The notes under the pieces: model-generated
Database searches by the model: none
The model's input: the letters and a program-made list of their open reading frames with translations, nothing else
Told to the model about the DNA's origin: nothing
Part shown: positions 12,185 through 24,193 of the stretch, piece by piece
Layout of the letters: every line of letters starts with the position of its first letter
Numbering within the stretch: the first letter of the stretch is position 1
Position numbers and translations under genes: made by a program
NCBI GenBank assembly: GCA_010405405.1
Contig: MU004241.1
Coordinates: 855,373-919,372 of the forward strand
Reading direction: 5' to 3'
DNA: 64,000 bases
Source of the DNA: Microthyrium microscopicum
Lineage: Eukaryota

Positions 12185-12210
12185 TGTGGCAAACTCGGAT
12201 CACTTCCGAG
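12185..12210. promoter_or_regulatory. CGG-N7-CCG palindrome (candidate Zn2Cys6 site) upstream of the MFS gene
   Basis: TGTGGCAAACTCGGATCACTTCCGAG; 16/18 identity with 8504-8521. Confidence 0.5.
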
Positions 12211-12933
12211 AAGTTGAAACATTTGTATACGTAACAACCTACATTTGACTTGTATCGGAAAAAGAATCGTGAATGGAGGAATTCTTTTTGAGGGGTTTGA
12301 CTTGAGCACGTCAATGGCGCGTGTGCATTTTTGGCTTGTTCATCGAAAACCAGACCAGCGGTGTACCATCAAGTCGCTTATTGCTGGTGTTTGGGGAGCC
12401 AATAAGCGATCATTGACTAAAGTGCTCATGTAGCTTTTGGTAAGGCCATTCCGAGTGGCACACGGACTCCTGAATAGCCTCAACTTAGATTGATGTCAAA
12501 AACTTCTAGAAGATATGCTCTCCATTACCTCGACAATCAAACCCTAGACTGAATTCTTATGGCGTCAGCTGGGGTAGCTTTTTGTGTACAGAGAACGAAG
12601 GTCTATTGGAAGTTCAAAGTCGAGAGAGGAATAGTGTTTGCTATGCATCAACCGACAGAGAGAGCTGGAGATACAATAAATGTGCCGAGCTGATCCGTTC
12701 TTGGCGTTCGTTTACCAAACATTCGATAGATGGCCAAGGTAATGTATATTCGGAAGTTGTGCATTGCATAGGAACAAGAGATGAGCTGGATACGGGCTGG
12801 CAATGCTTCAGCAAAGTAAAGATATGAACATGTCAACAGAATGTGAGAATTTCCAGAAATGTTGTCCAAATGGTGCTCATATTTGAGAGGAGTATGTGAC
12901 TGGGTATCATTGACGCAAATATGCTGTAAGATG

Positions 12934-13923
12934 TTATAAATCGGGCTCCTCTCTTCCCCACCACTTGGAAAGACGGTCCGTTATGGTTTCTGCTCCTTCT
13001 TGTTTCCTTTGCTCTCGTTCTTGCTTGCTCTTATTCAGAATCCTCTCATATTCTTGAACAGCTTTCGACTGATCTCTGATGTTGCCGACTCGTGATGCCT
13101 CCTCTACCATCCGTTCGTCGGGAGTCATGTTCTTCACTGTTTGCTGGTATTTTTCTCGTGCGTCTTCCGGTACGTGGGATAAATCGGTGGTTTCAGCCAT
13201 CTTTTGAGCAACATCGGCCACTCGTAAGGCTTCTGGGGATGAGACTCCCAGAACCTTTGCAAGATTCTCTCGGGACATGATTGGTTTGAATTGAGGTGCC
13301 GGTAGACCCTTTTCTTTTGCCTCTCTTGTAGCGACCTCGTGTTGTATCATCTGTTGATACAACCGATCAGCATGCATCTGAATCTGGTCTTCAACTTCTT
13401 GAGGTCGCCCATCGTAACTAAGATAGCCCAAAGCTCCCAGAAATTTGGTTTGCAGCATAGTACATCGGTCCAGTGCTCTAGATTCGTCTCGACACATCAT
13501 GAGTCGTTTTCCATAACTTCCATTTTTCCAGCAGTCGTCCTCAGCCAATGCCTCAAAAGAACAATTCTCCAATGCTATCTTTGCAATTTCTCTTTTTCTC
13601 GCCTTGTATGAAAGAGATATGTCTCTGAGCACCTCGCTGTCCGATTTTGCTTCCACGTAGCTCCCTGGAGCCTTGTATGTTTTCCAAAGATGCGCATAGC
13701 GGCCATCTTGATAGAGAGACTGTGCGGGGACTTGCGGTTCTGTGTGATTTGTTGACGATATCGTAGGGTCGTTATTCACCGGGTGGCTATCAGTTCTGGG
13801 TTTTGCTATAGGTGGAAGAGTTTTCGGAGATGCCTTGGGAGCCTCTTTTTCCAGAAACTGCCGTAGGTTGGGATCCAAGTCCTTCAGAGGATCGTCGGGA
13901 TTGCTGTTGAACGGCCAGACCAT
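12934..13923 (-). CDS. Conserved fungal protein with twin CX9C motif
   Basis: 329-aa single-exon ORF. Contains C-SFEALAEDD-C and C-RDESRALDR-C; N-terminal DPLKDLDPNLRQFLEKE. Confidence 0.75.
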   Translation of the reverse strand: MVWPFNSNPDDPLKDLDPNLRQFLEKEAPKASPKTLPPIAKPRTDSHPVNNDPTISSTNHTEPQVPAQSLYQDGRYAHLWKTYKAPGSYVEAKSDSEVLRDISLSYKARKREIAKIALENCSFEALAEDDCWKNGSYGKRLMMCRDESRALDRCTMLQTKFLGALGYLSYDGRPQEVEDQIQMHADRLYQQMIQHEVATREAKEKGLPAPQFKPIMSRENLAKVLGVSSPEALRVADVAQKMAETTDLSHVPEDAREKYQQTVKNMTPDERMVEEASRVGNIRDQSKAVQEYERILNKSKQEREQRKQEGAETITDRLSKWWGREEPDL

Positions 13924-14175
13924 ATTGTATTATTGCAACGTGAAGAGCATAAGGGTAGTCCGATGGATTGCCGTCGCTGCGAGTCAATTTGTGAGGGATT
14001 TTGAATAGATATGGCAGCTTGATGGTCGATTGGAAATTGTTGCTTCAATTGAAGCTTTGGTGTCTCAAAAGCTCGGACCATGTTAGCGTCCTGTTGTAAC
14101 TTCATCCTTTTCTGCGCCTTGTTGCAGCTCATCAGAACATAAACACGTCTCCCAACGCGTCCCACAATTCCCACC

Positions 14176-15926
14176 ATGGACCCGGCCGGTAAGATTTACC
14201 TTTCCCTATTTATTGTGTGGTATTAATACTGATTATTGGAACGCGTAGATCGCGAAGAACGACGTCGTCAGCGACAGCGCGGCGCTTGGCGCGGGTACGG
14301 CACTCACCTCAATATTTGACATCTTTTAATACTAACAAATGCTACAGGGAGCGCGAACTTAAGAACGCAGACTTTGCATTTAGTTTTGCTGGTACTCCTG
14401 GCTCCACAAGGGGAAGAAGCACACCTGCAAGAACTCCGGCCGTTCCTTCAGCCGAGCGCAAAGGAAACTCTACAGCAAGATCCAGCACGAAAACACCGAT
14501 CGCGCCGAACACAAATCAATCGTCTAGCTCGTTAGTCAAAAGCAGACATTCTTCGAAACTGCGTCAAGTCGACAACCACAAATTCCAAACTCCCGTAGAA
14601 GAACGGAAACGAAAGCGCACATCAAACCATACAATTGCGGAAGAGGAAGAGGATGAGCTTGCGAGTGTGTCCAAAAGGACAACAGATGTGCCACCGAAGA
14701 AGCGAAGGATATCGGATGAAGAGCGGGCCTCGCAGCCGGTAGCAGACGAGGACGAGCTGCATCTAGAATCCCCGGAACACGACACTTCTGCTTTTAGTGG
14801 CAGCCATCAGCAAACCTTATCAGCAGCCAAATCACTCCAAGCTGGACCTACTCCCCTCGCCAAACCCAAGCGTCTATCCACAAATCGTGTAGCTTCAGCA
14901 TCGAAGCATCGTACTCCTCTAGCCATCATCAACGATAACACCGCTGTTTTAGCTGAGGATGACGATGTTGTACAATTAGGAGGTGACACTGAACTTGCTG
15001 TTGATGAAGACTCCTTTGATTCTTCGAGCAAGGAAAATGCAAATCTCACCGTTAGAACAAACGCCACTCGGCCCTCGGAAACCTTTGCTCCGGATTTAGA
15101 AGGCACCAGAGACGATGTTCTTGACAACCTGCTTGAAGAAGATGTCGAACTGCAAACAGAAGTCCAGGACCAGACTGAAGAGCAAATATTATCTGATCCA
15201 GTTACAGCTCCAGCTCAAAGACCCAACAAGACTACCAAGCCAGCCCGTCGGCGGAAACGGAGAGCCAACGCCGAACGCTCTGGCGAGGAAATTCCCACCA
15301 TCGGTATTACCGTCTGGCGACCCTCCAAGAAACCAGACTCTGAAATCAACCCTCTTGGTGCAATATCTATCCCGTCTATCAATCCTTTAGATGTGCTTGC
15401 CCAGTGCTTGACTGAGATATGCGACAATCAGATTCGCAAACTTCGTGCTCAGAATGTAAAAAGCCGGCAATTGCTCGCCCTCGCCGCCTTTCGAAACGCG
15501 CTTGAGGAATCTCTTCTACAGTTATCAGTTGAGCAGAATATGGTATATTCTCTCACAGGCTACCTCAAAAAACAAAAACGCGAGCAAGGAGACCTACGTG
15601 CAGAGCTCATGCGTATCAAGAAAGAGAAAGAAGAAGTACTTCTACAACAAGATACTTTCCGAGCACGACACGTTACCGTCAAGAAAGAAAACCAAGAGAA
15701 TTACTCCCTTGGTGAGTCTTTCAGCGAATTCAAGAAGGCTGTCAAGAATCACCAAAGGTCTACTGAAGCAGCTCAGGAAGAGGCTACAGAAGACGAACAC
15801 GTGGAAAGAGTTCAAGATGTGCTCAAGGAGGTAAAGGCCATTATGAGCAACGGAGGTCTGCTGCGGACAGTGACAAAATGGAACTCTTCAATGGAGAGTT
15901 CTCTGGAAGCTCTGCAAGCAGGCTGA
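14176..15926 (+). CDS. Probable inner kinetochore subunit Ame1/CENP-U
   Basis: ATG at 14176, introns 14189-14248 and ~14296-14347. N-terminus MDPADREERRRQRQRGA, long disordered region, then NPLDVLAQC and a C-terminal coiled coil as recalled for fungal Ame1. Confidence 0.6.
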
Positions 15927-16513
15927 GCGGCGCTGTCAGGTCCTCAATAATGATGATGAATCCTACATATAAACGAGCCTACCGAGCACGGATTACAATG
16001 CAAATACATTATTCTTCCCATTGATATCTATGTTTATGAAGCTCTCAAACCCAAAAAATGCTATTATAGCTGGAATCATCGTACTTATTTGCACGTACGC
16101 AGGAATATGCCCAGGTATGGCACACTCAGGTAGATTCTGACGATGACACTGGAGATTCTCTCAAACACTGGCCAACAAAGAATCACCAGAACGTTCCTTT
16201 CAACCATGCAGTCATTGTTATTGAAGAGCATTGACACAATTTTGAACAGCCGAAGCTTTAGCTTCCAAGCAAGCTATTGTTTATCCCGCAGAATCTTTAC
16301 CAACACGCATTAGATGAGAGAGCAAGATCATAGATTATTTTACTAACTGTATTGCCATTTCAGAATCAGGCAATTATTTCTTCCGGGTTATTAACACCTT
16401 CATATCCTCCTCTCAACACCTTATATTCCAGTAAGTGTCTCATGGCGAAGAAGAGACCACTCGTCTTACATCGCCAATTCTAAAACCTGGGACCTACGAA
16501 TGTAAATTCTGCC

Positions 16514-17194
16514 ATGTTTCAAAGCCCAAGTCCATTTAGCGCACCTTTCCGCTTGGACTCATGCCCAAACTCACAGGACGGTTGTTTTCACATTCTCCCA
16601 TTCCTAGACGATATTTGGGGCTGGCTTGATATGGCCTCCCCCATTAGCAAACTATTCGCCTGGGATGACATAAAGTCTTTGGACCCGCATTCACAAATTT
16701 CAAGACTTCTCCAAGATCATTCTAGAGCGTGCGTTGGCAGGCCGGATCTCGATATAATGCGGTTTCAGCAATTTTATTCACTTTCTATTGGCCTCAAACA
16801 CTGGCAAAACCCGGAAATATTGTACCTGGCCATGGCCGAGGATGCGAAACAATGCAAGATAGCTTTACAGCTCATTAACCGCTTACTAGAACGGACCTGG
16901 GATGCTACGGGCGATCCGGAAACTCGACAGAGAAAGGCGACCTACTTGGAGTACGACCAAACTCTTATAGAATATCTTTCTGTAATGCTGCAAAACTATG
17001 TCAAGCTTGCAGTCGATGCTCCTGCAATGGAAGACTACTATGAAAAATTGATCGAGACCAAAGCATTCCATAAGTGGGAAGATTTGGAGGCCATTGACCC
17101 ATTGAAGCCTGCTATTAGACTTCCTAAGCTTTTCAGGATTCACCTTCCAAATCCACATCGAAGATTTGAACGAAGACTGATGGCATTTGATTAA
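16514..17194 (+). CDS. Hypothetical protein (start uncertain)
   Basis: 226-aa ORF with a weak internal repeat (FAWDDIKSLDP / HKWEDLEAIDP); no recognised domain. Confidence 0.35.
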   Translation: MFQSPSPFSAPFRLDSCPNSQDGCFHILPFLDDIWGWLDMASPISKLFAWDDIKSLDPHSQISRLLQDHSRACVGRPDLDIMRFQQFYSLSIGLKHWQNPEILYLAMAEDAKQCKIALQLINRLLERTWDATGDPETRQRKATYLEYDQTLIEYLSVMLQNYVKLAVDAPAMEDYYEKLIETKAFHKWEDLEAIDPLKPAIRLPKLFRIHLPNPHRRFERRLMAFD

Positions 17195-17431
17195 TATTAC
17201 ATACGACGGAGGGTAAGAGAAGCCCTGTGTTTGAACTGGAAAAGAACTCATAAAGAAGATATTGTCATATCGGATACACTACCTGAGATATCACACTGTA
17301 AACCATTTGGTGCCTTAAGAAGCTAGAACAATGAGAAGTCAAAACCATTACTCTACTTCCAGAGGCTGAAGGTTAGCAATCAGGCTTCACTTTCTCTATC
17401 TTCTATTCCTTGAACCTGTCGTCCAGAGAAG

Positions 17432-18385
17432 TCATGAGTCTAATGAGTGGAGAAATGATGGTATCTTGAGGATGTTCGAGATTTGCGAGTCCTGACGAAG
17501 AATATAAATCACATTACCAGGACGATCAGGTGCGACTTCTTCTTTGGCTAGGCACTCAAATGTAACGCGCTGGTCAAGATGATAACTTTTCTTCACGCAG
17601 TCTGCGAGTTCAGTGACACTTGGTCGTTTGCGCCTCCTCTTCAGACGTAACGACATGGCGGAGGCCAGCGAATGTGATTAGGTGACATTGGTCAATGCTT
17701 TGGTTTCGACAAAATGATGTGATGACGTCCGCTGGTGACCAGCAGTTGTAATGTCGACAATAGCTACGGCGAGGTGTTGCCTGGGTTGGTACCGGTAGTA
17801 CTGTTCCTTGGAAGTTGAGTGGAAGCTGTTAGGCTGTGACCATATGTATTACCGCACCGATTACATGTACATCGGCTGGAAATCCTTACTCGGGATGTTC
17901 TGGCGGCTGGCAGCCCAAAGTAGCCCTCTGGCCTCGGACAGGCTGTCCGTCGTGAAGCTTTTCACTGTGGCCAAAGTCTGCCAGGTTGAATGTTGGAATG
18001 GGGTTCGAGGATAACTTGACAAGCACATTCTCAGAATTGATATCGCATGGGCAACACTGTGTTCATGTAGCCAAGCCACGGCAGAGATCAAAAATGCATA
18101 CAATCCCCAAATAGTAGGTTCATCCCCATTTCCATTACTCTGGGGCTGAATGAATCCCGCGAGATCATAGTCGCAGGGTTCCAAGAACAAGACGTCAGAT
18201 AGACTTGGCAGTTTGTCCGCTTCATCCTGGGGAAACCCCTTGAGGATATGATTGTTACCTTCAAAACTTCGAAAGGAGCTTATCATTTGCTGCTCTAATG
18301 ATGTGCTTGGAGTCCGCACCTTCACAACTACTCGGTTCGTTCCTTTTGCATACACGTAGACTTCGCGATTCTTGTATGATGCCAT
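17432..18385 (-). pseudogene. Degenerate Ser/Thr protein kinase
   Basis: VVVK ... LFLEPCDYDL ... WLHEHSVAH, frameshift at ~18046, then DINSENVLV ... LADFG ... LGCQPPE, stop, ADVHVIG, stop. RPSVTEL lies in another frame. Confidence 0.75.
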
Positions 18386-18984
18386 AATAATGTTTATAAA
18401 TATGAACGGTTTTGATGGTCTCATCGCCTCACTAAGCATTGCAAATATAATAGTAAGAGACATTGGATAACGCAGAAAGGCAGGCCGCAGGAGTGATGGA
18501 CGGCCAAAACACATTTCGCAGAATGATGCTCACGATCAGATTCCTATGTTTAGATGCAGCTGGCTGCTTTGAGGGAGCAAAAGCTATTATGTTGAACAAC
18601 TGAAGCTGAAGGTTGCAAGTGCCAAAGAAAAGACGGAACAACAGCTTCAAAATTCATTATTGAAGGCTAGGACATGAGCACAGCTTGAGCCGGGAAGCCG
18701 AATCCCGAAATACCGATGATTTGATCGCCAGTTCGCAGGCATATTTCGGTATTTCGGTACTGATGCATTGAGCCAGATGCAACTAACTAACTTGAAGCTA
18801 CTCCGTACTAGGGTACAATGTACCAACGCTCGAGTCTCAAGAAACACCACCTTGACAGTTCACTATGTCGTCTGCTAACGCTTTATTTCATCTTTTCTAA
18901 ATCTTTCTTCGTGGCCTCGCCCCTCCTTTATCGTCGCCGACAATTTGGCCATGACCTTGCTCGCTGTTAGCCAGCTCGACAGCC

Positions 18985-20246
18985 ATGCTGCCCTCCTTGC
19001 TTTCGCTGTCGCTACTCTCCGTTCTCAGCTTCGTGTCCGCATATAAAGAACTGTCCAACTCCTCTCTCTCTGCCATTCCGTTTCCCGCACAGGACTTTGA
19101 CATAAACAATGGCGCTATCATGGCCCCCATCCTCCAAGTTCGTGTGGCTGGCACACCGGGCATTGAGAAAGTGCGACATCACTTTGTGAATTACTTTGCG
19201 CAACACCTTCCAAAGTGGGAGTTGACATGGGAAAACTCGACTCAACCTACAATTCTCGGCAAGGAAGTTGACTTTGCCAACTTGATATTTCGCAGAGACC
19301 CTCCGTGGGTCAAGCCCGGCCATGTTGAGCGCCTAGCCTTGGTCGCCCATTATGACTCCAAGATGGAGCCGGATGGATTTATTGGTGCAATTGATTCTGC
19401 GGCGCCTTGCGCAATGATGATACATGCCGCGCGATCTATCGACGAAGCACTTACCAAAAAATGGGATGAGCAGCAGAAGTCTGGGAAATACGACCACTTG
19501 ACTGCGCATGGCATCGAGCTTTACTTCTTGGATGGCGAAGAAGCATTCAAAAGCTGGACACATACGGATTCTATATACGGAGCAAGGCATGCGATCAAAA
19601 TCTACTATATGACGTTGTACTAACCGGTTCTAGATCTCTTGCTCAAACTCTCGAACGCTCAGTTAATCCAGCCATGTCTACATATCGCAATGGACTGGAA
19701 CAAATCTCCCTTTTTCTTCTCCTCGATTTACTTGGTGCATCGGTGCCAACCATCCCATCTTACTTTCCAACTACACATTGGGCCTACATGCACATGTCCA
19801 ATGTTGAGAAACGACTGCGAACAATGCGCCGACTAAAATCATCGCCCAACCATAGCAACAACAGAGCCAAAGGGATGCGAAAAGTAAAGGAACCTATGTT
19901 TATGAGTGATACGAAGAAAGACACCCACAACGCTTATTGGATGGGAGGACAAATCGAGGATGACCACATTCCCTTCATACAACGTGGGGTGCCAGTTTTA
20001 CACATAATTCCCGGCGCATTTCCATCAGTTTGGCACACAATTCTTGATGATGGCCAGCATCTCGATAATCCAACCACAGAAGACTGGGCTGTAATCGTAG
20101 CCGGGTTCTCAGCAGAATGGATGGAACTAGAAGGATATATGCCAAAGCAGGCGGCACAGCCAAGATCAACTCCGAAAGTCGAGGACTCTTTAGAAGAAAA
20201 TGAATGGGAATTAGACAATGAATTGCCACAGCATGATGAATTGTAA
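18985..20246 (+). CDS. Glutaminyl-peptide cyclotransferase (peptidase M28 family), 2 exons
   Basis: Signal peptide; AHYDSK, GAIDSAAPCA, FLDGEEAF, EDDHIPF and VWHT motifs. GC-AG intron 19587-19633; C-terminal HDEL. Confidence 0.92.
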
Positions 20247-20713
20247 GTTTCTCGCAAAATCGATCAATTGTTCACAATGCCCTTGAATTGGCTCGAATGT
20301 TCAGTGAGAGGATTTGGTATTGACACCCCTGTAGATTTCCTATCTGAGTAGATTTATGGGTTATTTTCACCATAGAGAATCAATAATGACCAATTACGGA
20401 TGAATCAGAAATATGTTTTCTTTGTTCTGGTGCTCGAGTTGTCGTTGGAATGTCCCCCAATTGTCCGTTTCCGAACTACTTTGCTTTGTTTGTCGCCGGC
20501 TTCGGGTTTTGTTATTGTTTGGATTGAATCGTTTTCAGACTTGGAGAACATCAAAACTTTGAGCATACCCGGCTGACCATTCACACCAAGGAAAACGCCT
20601 CGCTTCCTCCTACATTGAACCTATTTTCGAGTTTCAGTCAGCCCAGTCAGTTCTGAGCCAGTCGTCACTTTCTTCACATAAACCTACTCGTTCCCTCATT
20701 TCAAACCATTATC

Positions 20714-23441
20714 ATGGCACTCAAAAGGAGAAAGGCAAAAGCTCCGCGGAAAAAAATTCCCAAGTCTGTTGCAAGGCAGGCAACAACGGTCGATAAGAAA
20801 GATTACAAAACTTGGACTGCGAGAGAGCTCTTCAAAGTGGGCAGAGAGCGTGGATACGATGTGAAAGGCTTGTCCAACAAAAAAGATGCGCTGCTGAAAG
20901 TCTTCAACGCTGAAGCTGCAAAGAAAAACACAAACTCGGAAGGCCAGGCAGCCCAAGGGAAGGGGAACGCTGGAGGGGAAGACAGCTCTGAAGAGTCCGG
21001 TGTCATGGATTATAACCAGCGTAGTAGTACTATTGCTAAGCTCCGGCAAGAGTGCGAAAAGCGTGGGTTATCTACAACTGGCTTCAAGTTGAAAAGACAG
21101 TATGTCGCCATACTCGAGGAAGATGACAAGAAGAAGAAGACAAACGATGACTCTCCAGATTCAGAGGGAGATGACTCGAAATATGACAAGATGAGTCAAA
21201 AAGAGCTTCAAAGTGAGTGCAAAAAGCGTGGACTACCCGCCAGTGGCAGAAAAGTCGATATGGCCGCCAGACTCGAGGCAGATGACCAGAAGAAGGCGAA
21301 TGGCAGTTCTCCGACGCCCGATAGATCGAAATATGGCAAGCTGAGTTATAAGCAGCTTCATAGTGAGTGCAAGAAGCGTGGACTACCCGCCAATGGCAGA
21401 AAAGTCGCTATGGCCGCCAGACTCGAGGCAAATGACCAGAAGAAGGCGAACGGCAGTTCTCCGACGCCCACTGGATCGAAATATGGCAAGCTGAGTTATA
21501 GGCAGCTTCAGAGTGAGTGTAAAACGCGTGAACTACCCGCCAATCTCAAATCAGTTAAGTTGGTCGCCAGCATCGAGAAATACGATAAACTGCAGAAGAA
21601 GGACGTCGGAAATCCACCTCCATCTCCGCCCAAAAGCGATCCACCTCAACCTCCGCCGCAAGACGATCCACCTCAACCTCCGCCGGAAGACAATCTCCCG
21701 TCTAGTCAGCCTGGGAGTCCATTGAATCAAGGCGGGAAGCACAATCTCCCTGAAGAATCCGAGTCAGAGAGGCCTTCTCCATCCAAGAAAAAGAAGACGG
21801 AATACCGTGATATCAGACGAGAGATGCAGATATTCCGAGCCTATCAAGAGCACCGGATCAGGGAAGAAGAGTCTAAAACACCTCTATTTCATGGTCCTGG
21901 CCACGAAGGAACAATTGCAACCGCTCTCAATACCGCTTCTGAATTGCGCTATGTCGGCTACCAGCAGGTCAAGGACGATCTTCTAGAGATAGGTACCAAT
22001 CTTCAAGAACAAGTGAAAGTAGCACATCACCCCGTTGTGTGGTACATCGTCCACCAGATGTATGGCTTCAATGAGGAACAGCATCGAATCCCCATGGTGA
22101 ATGAAGAAGAAGTACAGCCTAATCTATGGTATGGACATGACCTTACTATCCGGCAAATGAACCAGGCGCTCAAGGCCCTTGAAGCTTTCACAAATGAGGA
22201 ATGGGAGTACCATATGATGGATGGCGATGACGACGATGAGAGTAGTGATAGCGAGGAATCTGTATGAGTCCATTCCCAGCAACATCAAGAAAGCGCCCTC
22301 GCTAATACGACTCGGTAGACTGGGAGTGATTCCTCCTCACAATCAAACACAACTTCCTCAAGTGGGCAACCCTCCAACTCTCACCCACATGCAGCTCTAC
22401 AGATCGGTAACGGTACAGGTTCCTCCTCACAACCCAATACAAATGCCCAAAACGGCAATGCGTCCACCTCTCGGCTTACAGGTACGCACAACGGGCTTAC
22501 TTCCTCCTCTAATCCACCACAGCCGTCAAGCCGCACGAGTAGCTACGCTTTCCAGCAGGGCCTTGACTGGCTCGAATCAATGCCACTCCCCAGTATAAAA
22601 GAGCGCATCGCCGGCGATGAAACTCTGACCCCAGGAGAACTTTTGAACAGCGAAAAGCTGAAGGAGCTCTGGTGGAAAAACAGTCTGTCGTCAGAGTTGA
22701 AGACTTTCTTAAAGCAGAAGTCTGTAGGATTAGATCGTAAAAAGGACGCCGCAGATTCTGATACGGAGGCTATAAAAACGCCAGAGATATCAAGAGCGGC
22801 TACGAGCAGTACGCGACTGTTTAGACCTTGGTCTTCAGCGGTGCGAGAGGCTCCATCCGGAACGCAGGATCTCAGTGATCTGGACCCGCCAAGCAGAGCC
22901 AAAGCCCAGTACTTAATCTCTCTCATTCAAGACCAGGAAGCTCGCATTCGAGGCCAAGAAACCCCCTTTCCTTCCATAGTACAGCCGCAGCCACAGTCGT
23001 CGTTACTGGATCCACGGACAACGGCTGATGAAGACAGCGACAGCTCCTTTCAGCAAGCCCAAAGTCGCATACGTAGGTCGAGCGCCCCGAGCCCCGAGCC
23101 TCTTTTGTGGCACAAATCAGCTAATCTCCATCGCAGAACTGCGTAAGTGGCTTCAATCAGTTAGGGAGTTGCAGGCTACTTTGGCCTTTAGTCAAGGCAT
23201 TCCCTCTGATCTCCAAAGAGAGCTCGTCAGGCTACTTGAGGAGGAGCAGCGCATCATTCAAGAAGCCATTGCACAGTATGAGTTAGCATGCAATAGTCAA
23301 CCTCAAGATGAGGATGGTCTCATAGAGACAATTAAATGGCAAATAAGGAACAAAGATCAGAGACGCGGGATGCTTGAAATGGTATCGCAGATTATAGCAG
23401 ATCCTGAAGCTTTTCTTGCCGCAATTGATGAGATAGAATGA
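20714..23441 (+). CDS. Multi-SAP-domain protein (~868 aa), 3 exons
   Basis: Introns 22262-22318 and 23073-23136 join the 20714, 22580 and 23028 ORFs in frame (2607 nt). Five SAP-like units, e.g. KELQSECKKRGLPASGRKVDMAARL. Confidence 0.7.
21176..21600 (+). repeat. Coding tandem repeat, 150-bp unit (~2.8 copies)
   Basis: Units start TCGAAATATG at 21176, 21326 and 21476; units 1 and 2 differ at 15 of 150 nt. Confidence 0.95.
21638..21691 (+). repeat. 27-bp tandem duplication encoding DPPQPPP(Q/E)D
   Basis: GATCCACCTCAACCTCCGCCG(C/G)AAGAC occurs twice. Confidence 0.9.
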
Positions 23442-24193
23442 TATTGCGATCGTTATATCCGGAGTCACTATCTACTACTGTTTACCTTCATGTTTCAACG
23501 AGCTGAATATATCTTTGAGTACTTGCTAGACTGCTACCACAAGCAAGACATATAAATCTCCTGCCCATTTGATAGTTAGCCATTTGAATTTAATATCTCA
23601 TCAGTCATCACTACACATTTCTTGAACTTTTAATCATGATCTAGTGCGAACATTGGAATTGGTAGTCCATATACCGGCCTATTTGCTCCTTGGAAGCATG
23701 CAGAGACTAATTCCAGTAGAGCCATCTTTTCCAATATCAGACTATTCGACCGATATACGCAGACAAGAACCTGACACTCTGACTATTTTCTTATGTCCGT
23801 AAATTTACCGCAGCTGTGGCAGTGCAACCCAATTTCTGGATATCTCACCTCGAAGAATGAACCTAATTGGGAATAGGGGATCGGCAAGATCAACCAGGCC
23901 AGGCGTGCCAGGGTTTCAACCCCATTCGATCGCTAGCTTTCGCTTCCCACTACTTGTACTTGTGCATGCTATCAACGTAGCCGTGATGATCACCTCGAAG
24001 AATAGTCCAGATTGGGATAATGCGATGCCTTACAACATCATCGATCGACGTGTGTGGAGAGGCCTTGAGCTGGCTCAGTCGGTGTATAAAGTCCAAGTCG
24101 ATTCCTTATTTTTGATAGATGGAACACAATAGACATTCACACGCTTGAATAAAAAAATCCTTTCATCTTAAAGTATCATTTCGACCTTTCATC

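Noticed and set aside
21176..21600. 150-bp repeats as a CRISPR array or transposon
   Set aside because: In-frame coding repeats without spacers, terminal inverted repeats or transposase, in a eukaryotic context.
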